The notes beneath the pieces are model-generated. The model was not told the DNA's origin. It was given only the letters and a program-made list of their open reading frames with translations, and made no database searches. From Macrostomum hystrix (taxonomy: Eukaryota > Animalia > Platyhelminthes), in the NCBI GenBank assembly GCA_950097015.1, contig CATNEN010000001.1, positions 22,878,001 to 22,942,000 of the forward strand: DNA of 64,000 bases, in the 5' to 3' direction. Position 1 is the stretch's first letter. Every line of letters begins with the position of its first letter. Below, piece after piece: positions 1-12,974 of the stretch. A program made the position numbers and the translations under genes.

Positions 1-3000
1 TCCAATCTATCGCTCCTTCACACATCTCTCACCAATCTATCTCTCCTTCACCCATCTCTCACCAATCTATCTCTCCTTCACCCATCTCTCACCAATCTAT
101 CTCTCCTTCACCCATCTCTCACCAATCTATCTCTCCTTCACCCATCTCTCACCAATCTATTTCTCCTTCACCCATCTCTCTCCAATCTATCTCTCCTTCA
201 CACATCTCTCACCAATCTATCTCTCCTTCACCCATCTCTCACCAATCTATCGCTCCTTCACACATCTCTCACCAATCTATCTCTCCTTCACCCATCTCTC
301 ACCAATCTATCTCTCCTTCACCCATCTCTCACCAATCTATCTCTCCTTCACCCATCTCTCACCAATCTATCCCTCCTTCACCCATCTCTCTCCAATCTAT
401 CGCTCCTTCACACATCTCTCACCAATCTATCTCTCCTTCACCCATCTCTCACCAATCTATCTCTCCTTCACCCATCTCTCACCAATCTATCTCTCCTTCA
501 CCCATCTCTCACCAATCTATCTCTCCTTCACCCATCTCTCACCAATCTATTTCTCCTTCACCCATCTCTCTCCAATCTATCTCTCCTTCACACATCTCTC
601 ACCAATCTATCTCTCCTTCACCCATCTCTCACCAATCTATCGCTCCTTCACACATCTCTCACCAATCTATCTCTCCTTCACCCATCTCTCACCAATCTAT
701 CGCTCCTTCACACATCTCTCACCAATCTATCTCTCCTTCACCCATCTCTCACCAATCTATCTCTCCTTCACCCATCTCTCACCAATCTATCCCTCCTTCA
801 CCCATCTCTCTCCAATCTATCGCTCCTTCACACATCTCTCACCAATCTATCTCTCCTTCACCCATCTCTCACCAATCTATCGCTCCTTCACACATCTCTC
901 TCCAGTCTATCTCTCCTTCACTCATCTCTCACCAATCTATCTCTCCTTCACCCATCTCTCTCCAATCTATCTCTCCTTCACCCATCTCTCACCAATCTAT
1001 TTCTCCTTCACCCATCTCTCTCCAATCTATCTCTCCTTCACACATCTCTCACCAATCTATCTCTCCTTCACCCATCTCTCACCAATCTATCTCTCCTTCA
1101 CCCATCTCTCACCAATCTATCTCTCCTTCACCCATCTCTCTCCAATCTATCTCTCCTTCACCCATCTCTCACCAATCTATCGCTCCTTCACACATCTATC
1201 ACCAATCTATCTCTCCTTCACCCATCTCTCACCAATCTATCTCTCCTTCACCCATCTCTCTCCAATCTATCTCTCCTTCACCCATCTCTCACCAATCTAT
1301 CGCTCCTTCACACATCTCTCACCAATCTATCTCTCCTTCACCCATCTCTCACCAATCTATCTCTCCTTCACCCATCTCTCACCAATCTATCTCTCCTTCA
1401 CCCATCTCTCTCCAATCTATTTCTCCTTCACCCATCTCTCTCCAATCTATCTCTCCTTCACACATCTCTCACCAATCTATTTCTCCTTCACCCATCTCTC
1501 TCCAATCTATCTCTCCTTCACACATCTCTCACCAATCTATCTCTCCTTCACCCATCTCTCACCAATCTATCGCTCCTTCACACATCTCTCACCAATCTAT
1601 CTCTCCTTCACCCATCTCTCACCAATCTATCGCTCCTTCACACATCTCTCACCAATCTATCTCTCCTTCACCCATCTCTCTCCAATCTATCGCTCCTTCA
1701 CACATCTCTCACCAATCTATCTCTCCTTCACCCATCTCTCACCAATCTATCTCTCCTTCACCCATCTCTCACCAATCTATCCCTCCTTCACCCATCTCTC
1801 TCCAATCTATCGCTCCTTCACACATCTCTCACCAATCTATCTCTCCTTCACCCATCTCTCACCAATCTATCGCTCCTTCACACATCTCTCACCAATCTAT
1901 CTCTCCTTCACCCATCTCTCTCCAATCTATCTCTCCTTCACACATCTCTCTCCAATCTATCTCTCCTTCACCCATCTCTCACCAATCTATCTCTCCTTCA
2001 CCCATCTCTCACCAATCTATTTTTCCTTCACCCATCTCTCTCCAATCTATCTCTCCTTCACACATCTCTCACCAATCTATCTCTCCTTCACCCATCTCTC
2101 ACCAATCTATCTCTCCTTCACCCATCTCTCACCAATCTATCTATCCTTCACCCATCTCTCTCCAATCTATCTCTCCTTCACCCATCTCTCACCAATCTAT
2201 CGCTCCTTCACACATCTATCACCAATCTATCTCTCCTTCACCCATCTCTCTCCAATCTATCTCTCCTTCACACATCTCTCACCAATCTATCTCTCCTTCA
2301 CCCATCTCTCACCAATCTATCGCTCCTTCACACATCTCTCACCAATCTATCTCTCCTTCACCCATCTCTCACCAATCTATCGCTCCTTCACACATCTCTC
2401 ACCAATCTATCTCTCCTTCACCCATCTCTCACCAATCTATCTCTCCTTCACCCATCTCTCACCAATCTATTTCTCCTTCACCCATCTCTCTCCAATCTAT
2501 CTCTCCTTCACACATCTCTCACGAATCTATCTCTCCTTCACCCATCTCTCACCAATCTATCGCTCCTTCACACATCTCTCACCAATCTATCTCTCCTTCA
2601 CCCATCTCTCACCAATCTATCTCTCCTTCACACATCTCTCACCAATCTATCTCTCCTTCACCCATCTCTCACCAATCTATCTCTCCTTCACCCATCTCTC
2701 ACCAATCTATCCCTCCTTCACCCATCTCTCTCCAATCTATCGCTCCTTCACACATCTCTCACCAATCTATCTCTCCTTCACCCATCTCTCACCAATCTAT
2801 CGCTCCTTCACACATCTCTCTCCAGTCTATCTCTCCTTCACTCATCTCTCACCAATCTATCTCTCCTTCACCCATCTCTCTCCAATCTATCTCTCCTTCA
2901 CCCATCTCTCACCAATCTATTTCTCCTTCACCCATCTCTCACCAATCTATTTCTCCTTCACACATCTCTCTCCAATCTATCTCTCCTTCACCCATCTCTC

Positions 3001-6000
3001 ACCAATCTATCTCTCCTTCACACATCTCTCACCAATCTATCTCTCCTTCACCCATCTCTCTCCAATCTATCTCTCCTTCACCCATCTCTCACCAATCTAT
3101 CGCTCCTTCACACATCTATCACCAATCTATCTCTCCTTCACCCATCTCTCACCAATCTATCTCTCCTTCACCCATCTCTCTCCAATCTATCTCTCCTTCA
3201 CACATCTCTCACCAATCTATCTCTCCTTCACCCATCTCTCACCAATCTATTTCTCCTTCACACATCTCTCACCAATCTATCTCTCCTTCACACATCTCTC
3301 ACCAATCTATCGCTCCTTCACCCATCTCTCACCAATCTATCTCTCCTTCACCCATCTCTCACCAATCTATCTCTCCTTCACCCATCTCTCACCAATCTAT
3401 CCCTCCTTCACCCATCTCTCTCCAATCTATCGCTCCTTCACCCATCTCTCACCAATCTATCCCTCCTTCACCCATCTCTCTCCAATCTATCGCTCCTTCA
3501 CACATCTCTCACCAATCTATCTATCCTTCACCCATCTCTCACCAATCTATCTCTCCTTCACCCATCTCTCACCAATCTATCTCTCCTTCACCCATCTCTC
3601 ACCAATCTATCTCTCCTTCACCCATCTCTCACCAATCTATTTCTCCTTCACCCATCTCTCTCCAATCTATCTCTCCTTCACACATCTCTCACCAATCTAT
3701 CTCTCCTTCACCCATCTCTCACCAATCTATCGCTCCTTCACACATCTCTCACCAATCTATCTCTCCTTCACCCATCTCTCACCAATCTATCGCTCCTTCA
3801 CACATCTCTCACCAATCTATCTCTCCTTCACCCATCTCTCACCAATCTATCTCTCCTTCACCCATCTCTCACCAATCTATCCCTCCTTCACCCATCTCTC
3901 TCCAATCTATCGCTCCTTCACACATCTCTCACCAATCTATCTCTCCTTCACCCATCTCTCACCAATCTATCGCTCCTTCACACATCTCTCTCCAGTCTAT
4001 CTCTCCTTCACTCATCTCTCACCAATCTATCGCTCCTTCACACATCTCTCACCAATCTATCTATCCTTCACCCATCTCTCACCAATCTATCTCTCCTTCA
4101 CCCATCTCTCACCAATCTATCTCTCCTTCACCCATCTCTCACCAATCTATCTCTCCTTCACCCATCTCTCACCAATCTATTTCTCCTTCACCCATCTCTC
4201 TCCAATCTATCTCTCCTTCACACATCTCTCACCAATCTATCTCTCCTTCACCCATCTCTCACCAATCTATCGCTCCTTCACACATCTCTCACCAATCTAT
4301 CTCTCCTTCACCCATCTCTCACCAATCTATCGCTCCTTCACACATCTCTCACCAATCTATCTCTCCTTCACCCATCTCTCACCAATCTATCTCTCCTTCA
4401 CCCATCTCTCACCAATCTATCCCTCCTTCACCCATCTCTCTCCAATCTATCGCTCCTTCACACATCTCTCACCAATCTATCTCTCCTTCACCCATCTCTC
4501 ACCAATCTATCGCTCCTTCACACATCTCTCTCCAGTCTATCTCTCCTTCACTCATCTCTCACCAATCTATCTCTCCTTCACCCATCTCTCTCCAATCTAT
4601 CTCTCCTTCACCCATCTCTCACCAATCTATTTCTCCTTCACCCATCTCTCTCCAATCTATCTCTCCTTCACACATCTCTCACCAATCTATCTCTCCTTCA
4701 CCCATCTCTCACCAATCTATCTCTCCTTCACCCATCTCTCACCAATCTATCTCTCCTTCACCCATCTCTCTCCAATCTATCTCTCCTTCACCCATCTCTC
4801 ACCAATCTATCGCTCCTTCACACATCTATCACCAATCTATCTCTCCTTCACCCATCTCTCACCAATCTATCTCTCCTTCACCCATCTCTCTCCAATCTAT
4901 CTCTCCTTCACCCATCTCTCACCAATCTATCGCTCCTTCACACATCTCTCACCAATCTATCTCTCCTTCACCCATCTCTCACCAATCTATCTCTCCTTCA
5001 CCCATCTCTCACCAATCTATCTCTCCTTCACCCATCTCTCTCCAATCTATTTCTCCTTCACCCATCTCTCTCCAATCTATCTCTCCTTCACACATCTCTC
5101 ACCAATCTATTTCTCCTTCACCCATCTCTCTCCAATCTATCTCTCCTTCACACATCTCTCACCAATCTATCTCTCCTTCACCCATCTCTCACCAATCTAT
5201 CGCTCCTTCACACATCTCTCACCAATCTATCTCTCCTTCACCCATCTCTCACCAATCTATCGCTCCTTCACACATCTCTCACCAATCTATCTCTCCTTCA
5301 CCCATCTCTCTCCAATCTATCGCTCCTTCACACATCTCTCACCAATCTATCTCTCCTTCACCCATCTCTCACCAATCTATCTCTCCTTCACCCATCTCTC
5401 ACCAATCTATCCCTCCTTCACCCATCTCTCTCCAATCTATCGCTCCTTCACACATCTCTCACCAATCTATCTCTCCTTCACCCATCTCTCACCAATCTAT
5501 CGCTCCTTCACACATCTCTCACCAATCTATCTCTCCTTCACCCATCTCTCTCCAATCTATCTCTCCTTCACACATCTCTCTCCAATCTATCTCTCCTTCA
5601 CCCATCTCTCACCAATCTATCTCTCCTTCACCCATCTCTCACCAATCTATTTTTCCTTCAACCATCTCTCTCCAATCTATCTCTCCTTCACACATCTCTC
5701 ACCAATCTATCTCTCCTTCACCCATCTCTCACCAATCTATCTCTCCTTCACCCATCTCTCACCAATCTATCTATCCTTCACCCATCTCTCTCCAATCTAT
5801 CTCTCCTTCACCCATCTCTCACCAATCTATCGCTCCTTCACACATCTATCACCAATCTATCTCTCCTTCACCCATCTCTCTCCAATCTATCTCTCCTTCA
5901 CACATCTCTCACCAATCTATCTCTCCTTCACCCATCTCTCACCAATCTATCGCTCCTTCACACATCTCTCACCAATCTATCTCTCCTTCACCCATCTCTC

Positions 6001-9000
6001 ACCAATCTATCGCTCCTTCACACATCTCTCACCAATCTATCTCTCCTTCACCCATCTCTCACCAATCTATCTCTCCTTCACCCATCTCTCACCAATCTAT
6101 TTCTCCTTCACCCATCTCTCTCCAATCTATCTCTCCTTCACACATCTCTCACGAATCTATCTCTCCTTCACCCATCTCTCACCAATCTATCGCTCCTTCA
6201 CACATCTCTCACCAATCTATCTCTCCTTCACCCATCTCTCACCAATCTATCTCTCCTTCACACATCTCTCACCAATCTATCTCTCCTTCACCCATCTCTC
6301 ACCAATCTATCTCTCCTTCACCCATCTCTCACCAATCTATCCCTCCTTCACCCATCTCTCTCCAATCTATCGCTCCTTCACACATCTCTCACCAATCTAT
6401 CTCTCCTTCACCCATCTCTCACCAATCTATCGCTCCTTCACACATCTCTCTCCAGTCTATCTCTCCTTCACTCATCTCTCACCAATCTATCTCTCCTTCA
6501 CCCATCTCTCTCCAATCTATCTCTCCTTCACCCATCTCTCACCAATCTATTTCTCCTTCACCCATCTCTCACCAATCTATTTCTCCTTCACACATCTCTC
6601 TCCAATCTATCTCTCCTTCACCCATCTCTCACCAATCTATCTCTCCTTCACACATCTCTCACCAATCTATCTCTCCTTCACCCATCTCTCTCCAATCTAT
6701 CTCTCCTTCACCCATCTCTCACCAATCTATCGCTCCTTCACACATCTATCACCAATCTATCTCTCCTTCACCCATCTCTCACCAATCTATCTCTCCTTCA
6801 CCCATCTCTCTCCAATCTATCTCTCCTTCACACATCTCTCACCAATCTATCTCTCCTTCACCCATCTCTCACCAATCTATTTCTCCTTCACACATCTCTC
6901 ACCAATCTATCTCTCCTTCACACATCTCTCACCAATCTATCGCTCCTTCACCCATCTCTCACCAATCTATCTCTCCTTCACCCATCTCTCACCAATCTAT
7001 CTCTCCTTCACCCATCTCTCACCAATCTATCCCTCCTTCACCTATCTCTCTCCAATCTATCGCTCCTTCACCCATCTCTCACCAATCTATCCCTCCTTCA
7101 CCCATCTCTCTCCAATCTATCGCTCCTTCACACATCTCTCACCAATCTATCTATCCTTCACCCATCTCTCACCAATCTATCGCTCCTTCACTCATCTCTC
7201 TCCAGTCTATCTCTCCTTCACTCATCTCTCACCAATCTATCTCTCCTTCACCCATCTCTCTCCAATCTATCTCTCCTTCACCCATCTCTCACCAATCTAT
7301 TTCTCCTTCACCCATCTCTCTCCAATCTATCTCTCCTTCACACATCTCTCTCCAATCTATCGCTCCTTCACACATCTATCACCAATCTATCTCTCCTTCA
7401 CCCATCTCTCACCAATCTATCTCTCCTTCACCCATCTCTCTCCAATCTATCTCTCCTTCACACATCTCTCTCCAATCTATCTCTCCTTCACCCATCTCTC
7501 ACCAATCTATCGCTCCTTCACACATCTATCACCAATCTATCTCTCCTTCACCCATCTCTCACCAATCTATCTCTCCTTCACCCATCTCTCTCCAATCTAT
7601 CTCTCCTTCACACATCTCTCACCAATCTATCTCTCCTTCACCCATCTCTCACCAATCTATTTCTCCTTCACACATCTCTCACCAATCTATCTCTCCTTCA
7701 CCCATCTCTCACCAATCTATCGCTCCTTCACACATCTCTCACCAATCTATCTCTCCTTCACCCATCTCTCACCAATCTATCTCTCCTTCACACATCTCTC
7801 ACCAATCTATTTCTCCTTCACCCATCTCTCTCCAATCTATCTCTCCTTCACCCATCTCTCACCAATCTATCGCTCCTTCACACATCTCTCACCAATCTAT
7901 CGCTCCTTCACACATCTCTCACCAATCTATCTCTCCTTCACCCATCTCTCACCAATCTATCGCTCCTTCACACATCTCTCACCAATCTATCTCTCCTTCA
8001 CCCATCTCTCACCAATCTATCTCTCCTTCACCCATCTCTCACCAATCTATTTCTCCTTCACCCATCTCTCTCCAATCTATCTCTCCTTCACACATCTCTC
8101 ACGAATCTATCTCTCCTTCACCCATCTCTCACCAATCTATCGCTCCTTCACACATCTCTCACCAATCTATCTCTCCTTCACCCATCTCTCACCAATCTAT
8201 CTCTCCTTCACACATCTCTCACCAATCTATCTCTCCTTCACCCATCTCTCACCAATCTATCTCTCCTTCACCCATCTCTCACCAATCTATCCCTCCTTCA
8301 CCCATCTCTCTCCAATCTATCGCTCCTTCACACATCTCTCACCAATCTATCTCTCCTTCACCCATCTCTCACCAATCTATCGCTCCTTCACACATCTCTC
8401 TCCAGTCTATCTCTCCTTCACTCATCTCTCACCAATCTATCTCTCCTTCACCCATCTCTCTCCAATCTATCTCTCCTTCACCCATCTCTCACCAATCTAT
8501 TTCTCCTTCACCCATCTCTCACCAATCTATTTCTCCTTCACACATCTCTCTCCAATCTATCTCTCCTTCACCCATCTCTCACCAATCTATCTCTCCTTCA
8601 CACATCTCTCACCAATCTATCTCTCCTTCACCCATCTCTCTCCAATCTATCTCTCCTTCACCCATCTCTCACCAATCTATCGCTCCTTCACACATCTATC
8701 ACCAATCTATCTCTCCTTCACCCATCTCTCACCAATCTATCTCTCCTTCACCCATCTCTCTCCAATCTATCTCTCCTTCACACATCTCTCACCAATCTAT
8801 CTCTCCTTCACCCATCTCTCACCAATCTATTTCTCCTTCACACATCTCTCACCAATCTATCTCTCCTTCACACATCTCTCACCAATCTATCGCTCCTTCA
8901 CCCATCTCTCACCAATCTATCTCTCCTTCACCCATCTCTCACCAATCTATCTCTCCTTCACCCATCTCTCACCAATCTATCCCTCCTTCACCCATCTCTC

Positions 9001-10824
9001 TCCAATCTATCGCTCCTTCACCCATCTCTCACCAATCTATCCCTCCTTCACCCATCTCTCTCCAATCTATCGCTCCTTCACACATCTCTCACCAATCTAT
9101 CTATCCTTCACCCATCTCTCACCAATCTATCGCTCCTTCACTCATCTCTCTCCAGTCTATCTCTCCTTCACTCATCTCTCACCAATCTATCTCTCCTTCA
9201 CCCATCTCTCTCCAATCTATCTCTCCTTCACCCATCTCTCACCAATCTATTTCTCCTTCACCCATCTCTCTCCAATCTATCTCTCCTTCACACATCTCTC
9301 TCCAATCTATCGCTCCTTCACACATCTATCACCAATCTATCTCTCCTTCACCCATCTCTCACCAATCTATCTCTCCTTCACCCATCTCTCTCCAATCTAT
9401 CTCTCCTTCACACATCTCTCTCCAATCTATCTCTCCTTCACCCATCTCTCACCAATCTATCGCTCCTTCACACATCTATCACCAATCTATCTCTCCTTCA
9501 CCCATCTCTCACCAATCTATCTCTCCTTCACCCATCTCTCTCCAATCTATCTCTCCTTCACACATCTCTCACCAATCTATCTCTCCTTCACCCATCTCTC
9601 ACCAATCTATTTCTCCTTCACACATCTCTCACCAATCTATCTCTCCTTCACCCATCTCTCACCAATCTATCGCTCCTTCACACATCTCTCACCAATCTAT
9701 CTCTCCTTCACCCATCTCTCACCAATCTATCTCTCCTTCACACATCTCTCACCAATCTATTTCTCCTTCACCCATCTCTCTCCAATCTATCTCTCCTTCA
9801 CCCATCTCTCACCAATCTATCGCTCCTTCACACATCTCTCACCAATCTATCGCTCCTTCACACATCTCTCACCAATCTATCTCTCCTTCACCCATCTCTC
9901 ACCAATCTATCGCTCCTTCACACATCTCTCACCAATCTATCTCTCCTTCACCCATCTCTCACCAATCTATCTCTCCTTCACCCATCTCTCACCAATCTAT
10001 CCCTCCTTCACCCATCTCTCTCCAATCTATCGCTCCTTCACACATCTCTCACCAATCTATCTCTCCTTCACCCATCTCTCACCAATCTATCTCTCCTTCA
10101 CCCATCTCTCACCAATCTATCTCTCCTTCACCCATCTCTCACCAATCTATCCCTCCTTCACCCATCTCTCTCCAATCTATCGCTCCTTCACACATCTCTC
10201 ACCAATCTATCTCTCCTTCACACATCTCTCTCCAATCTATCTCTCCTTCACCCATCTCTCACCAATCTATCTCTCCTTCACCCATCTCTCACCAATCTAT
10301 CTCTCCTTCACCCATCTCTCTCCAATCTATCTCTCCTTCACCCATCTCTCACCAATCTTTCGCTCCTTCACCCATCTCTCACCAATCTATCTCTCCTTCA
10401 CCCATCTCTCTCCAATCTATCTCTCCTTCACTCATCTCTCACCAATCTATCTCTCCTTCACCCATCTCTCTCCAATCTATCTCTCCTTCACACATCTCTC
10501 ACCAATCTATCTCTCCTTCACCCATCTCTCACCAATCTATCTCTCCTTCACCCATCTCTCACCAATCTATTTCTCCTTCACCCATCTCTCTCCAATCTAT
10601 CTCTCCTTCACCCATCTCTCACCAATCTATCTCTCCTTCACCCATCTCTCTCCAATCTATCTCTCCTTCACCCATCTCTCACCAATCTATCGCTCCTTCA
10701 CACATCTCTCACCAATCTATCGCTCCTTCACACATCTCTCACCAATCTATCTCTCCTTCACCCATCTCTTACCAATCTATCGCTCCTTCACACATCTCTC
10801 ACCAATCTATCTCTCCTTCACCCA

Positions 10825-11175
10825 TGTCGCGACTTTCGTCTCTGCCTTCTGTCCTCTATTCACTCTTTGGTTCTCTGCACTTTTCTTGTTTACATCGTCC
10901 AGTTCAATCTAGTTCTTTCTCTCTCGTTATCTCTGCGGCTGATCTCTCATTCTCTATCCTTTCTTTCTTTCCTCCTCTCTGATTGGTCCGCCGCTCACGT
11001 TCTAGCCTCCTCTCCTACCCTCAGTCGCGCACTCTTGTTATCGTACCGCCAACCCCCCTTCCTTATCGCTCTGTTAAACTTAAATATATTTTGACTCTCG
11101 GCCTGAATTGGCTCACAGCCGTATGAACGGGCTCTTACTGCGAGGACTCAATTTGTTGCATAAGAATTCAAGACA
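10825..11175 (+). repeat. 5' LTR
   Basis: TGTCGCGAC...CAAGACA; matches 12624-12974 with no difference that I could see. Confidence 0.95.
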
Positions 11176-11193
11176 TGGCGCCCGAACGGGGAC
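11176..11193 (+). promoter_or_regulatory. Primer-binding site complementary to the tRNA-Lys(UUU) 3' end
   Basis: TGGCGCCCGAACGGGGAC matches the canonical tRNA-Lys3 PBS TGGCGCCCGAACAGGGAC at 17/18 positions and abuts the CA end of the LTR. Confidence 0.9.
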
Positions 11194-11296
11194 TGAACCC
11201 AAATGTAGAATTATTTTCTGCCAGCTCCTTCTGGCTTTCATCTCATCAGCGTCGTTCTCGTCCGCCGGCCTGCATTGATTTTGCATAAAACGATCT

Positions 11297-11995
11297 TCGT
11301 CTCGTCTCGTCTCGTCTCGCCTCAGTTCGTCCCATGTGGCGACCGCCGGTTCCTGGTCTCATTCGTTCGCCGGGATCGCCACAGGACTCGTCTCGTCTCA
11401 GCTCGTCTCGTCTCGCCTCAGTTTCGTCTCGTGTGGTGACCGCCGGTTCCTGGTCTCTCATTCGTTCGCCGGGATCGCCACAGGACTCGCCTCGTCTAGC
11501 CTCGTCTCGTCTCATCTCTTCTCGCCTCAGTTTCGTCTCGTGTGGTGACCGCCGGTTCCTGGTCTCTCATTCGTTCGCCGGGATCGCCACAGGACTCGTC
11601 TCGTCTCAGCTCGTCTCGTCTCGCCTCAGTTTCGTCTCGTGTGGTGACCGCCGGTTCCTGGTCTCTCATTCGTTCGCCGGGATCGCCACAGGACTCGTCT
11701 CGTCTCAGCTCGTCTCGTCTCGCCTCAGTTCGTCCCATGTGGCGACCGCCGGTTCCTGGTCTCTCATTCGTTCGCCGGGATCGCCACAGGACTCGTCTCG
11801 TCTCAGCTCGTCTCGTCTCGCCTCAGTTCGTCCCATGTGGCGACCGCCGGTTCCTGGTCTCATTCGTTCGCCGGGATCGCCACAGGACTCGCCTCGTCTA
11901 GCCTCGTCTCGTCTCATCTTTTCTCGCCTCAGTTTCGTCCCGTGTGGTGACCGCCGGTTCCTAGTCTCACATTCGTTCTTCGGGATTGCCGCACG
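11297..11995 (+). repeat. Internal ~97-110-bp tandem repeat (~7 copies) of the LTR element
   Basis: Recurrent TGTGG(C/T)GACCGCCGGTTCCTGGTCTC...CCGGGATCGCCACAGGACTCG separated by (TCGTC)n linkers. Confidence 0.93.
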
Positions 11996-12616
11996 ATTCA
12001 TTCGCTCGTTTTCATTACATTACGTTGGCAGTGCCGGCAGGAGTTTCATATTCTCCATTTCGTTATTTGTTTGTGGACGCTCGAAAAAAAATCTTTTTTT
12101 TCATTTTCTACAACAAATGCTTCGTTGTTTCAAAACGTTAAATTTATTTAACTTATCGAAGAACCTATGTTGGTGTCTGTCTCGTTAGCCTTCCCTCGTT
12201 TCGCAATAGTCTGCACGAGTATAATATTGTAGACATCAATTGATATTTGTTCGTTAAATGCATTATTTTGTTTTTTCCTTATAGGGCAAAATTCTCTCGT
12301 TAAATTAGTTTTTAAATTTGAAAGTTTCGATTAAAACATTCTTCATTTTCGGGGGGAGAGTTGTGGCTCTACTCTACGTGTCGAGGCTTGTGTGTAAAAT
12401 CAACGTCTGCAAGAATTCGTAAAAGTTTTAGTTTTGTGTATTCACAACCATTGGTGTATTATATTTTACTCTCAACCAACAACCTCTATTTGTTTGAAGC
12501 TCTTCAGTGTCTGATCTCTGCTTTAATTTGCCTGTTTTGCAGATCAGAATGTAAATCTATGGAGAATCTAACTAAGTTATTTCTAATCTCTTGTTCTAAA
12601 AAATGTTGCATTTTTT

Positions 12617-12623
12617 GGGGGAG
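12617..12623 (+). promoter_or_regulatory. Short polypurine tract preceded by a T-run
   Basis: TTTTTT-GGGGGAG immediately 5' of the TG of the 3' LTR. Confidence 0.7.
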
Positions 12624-12974
12624 TGTCGCGACTTTCGTCTCTGCCTTCTGTCCTCTATTCACTCTTTGGTTCTCTGCACTTTTCTTGTTTACATCGTCCA
12701 GTTCAATCTAGTTCTTTCTCTCTCGTTATCTCTGCGGCTGATCTCTCATTCTCTATCCTTTCTTTCTTTCCTCCTCTCTGATTGGTCCGCCGCTCACGTT
12801 CTAGCCTCCTCTCCTACCCTCAGTCGCGCACTCTTGTTATCGTACCGCCAACCCCCCTTCCTTATCGCTCTGTTAAACTTAAATATATTTTGACTCTCGG
12901 CCTGAATTGGCTCACAGCCGTATGAACGGGCTCTTACTGCGAGGACTCAATTTGTTGCATAAGAATTCAAGACA
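12624..12974 (+). repeat. 3' LTR
   Basis: Copy of 10825-11175, followed by the TSD ACCCA. Confidence 0.95.

Larger units (their letters stand above)
10825..12974 (+). mobile_element. Non-autonomous LTR retroelement (TRIM/LARD-like), 2150 bp
   Basis: Direct repeats at 10825-11175 and 12624-12974 (351 bp each, TGTC...GACA termini). 5-bp TSD ACCCA at 10820-10824 and 12975-12979. PBS directly after the 5' LTR and a purine tract before the 3' LTR. No gag/pol ORF inside. Confidence 0.95.

Noticed and set aside
11218-11255. Hammerhead-like CTGATGA-GAT-GAAA plus stem on the minus strand (retrozyme idea)
   Set aside because: Stem II is essentially absent and the U-H cleavage site does not follow stem III. 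The internal repeats give CTGAGGC, not CTGANGA. An Infernal search would settle it.
11246-12893. ORFs within the LTR element as gag/pol
   Set aside because: Repeat-derived or low complexity; no zinc knuckle, protease, RT or integrase motifs.
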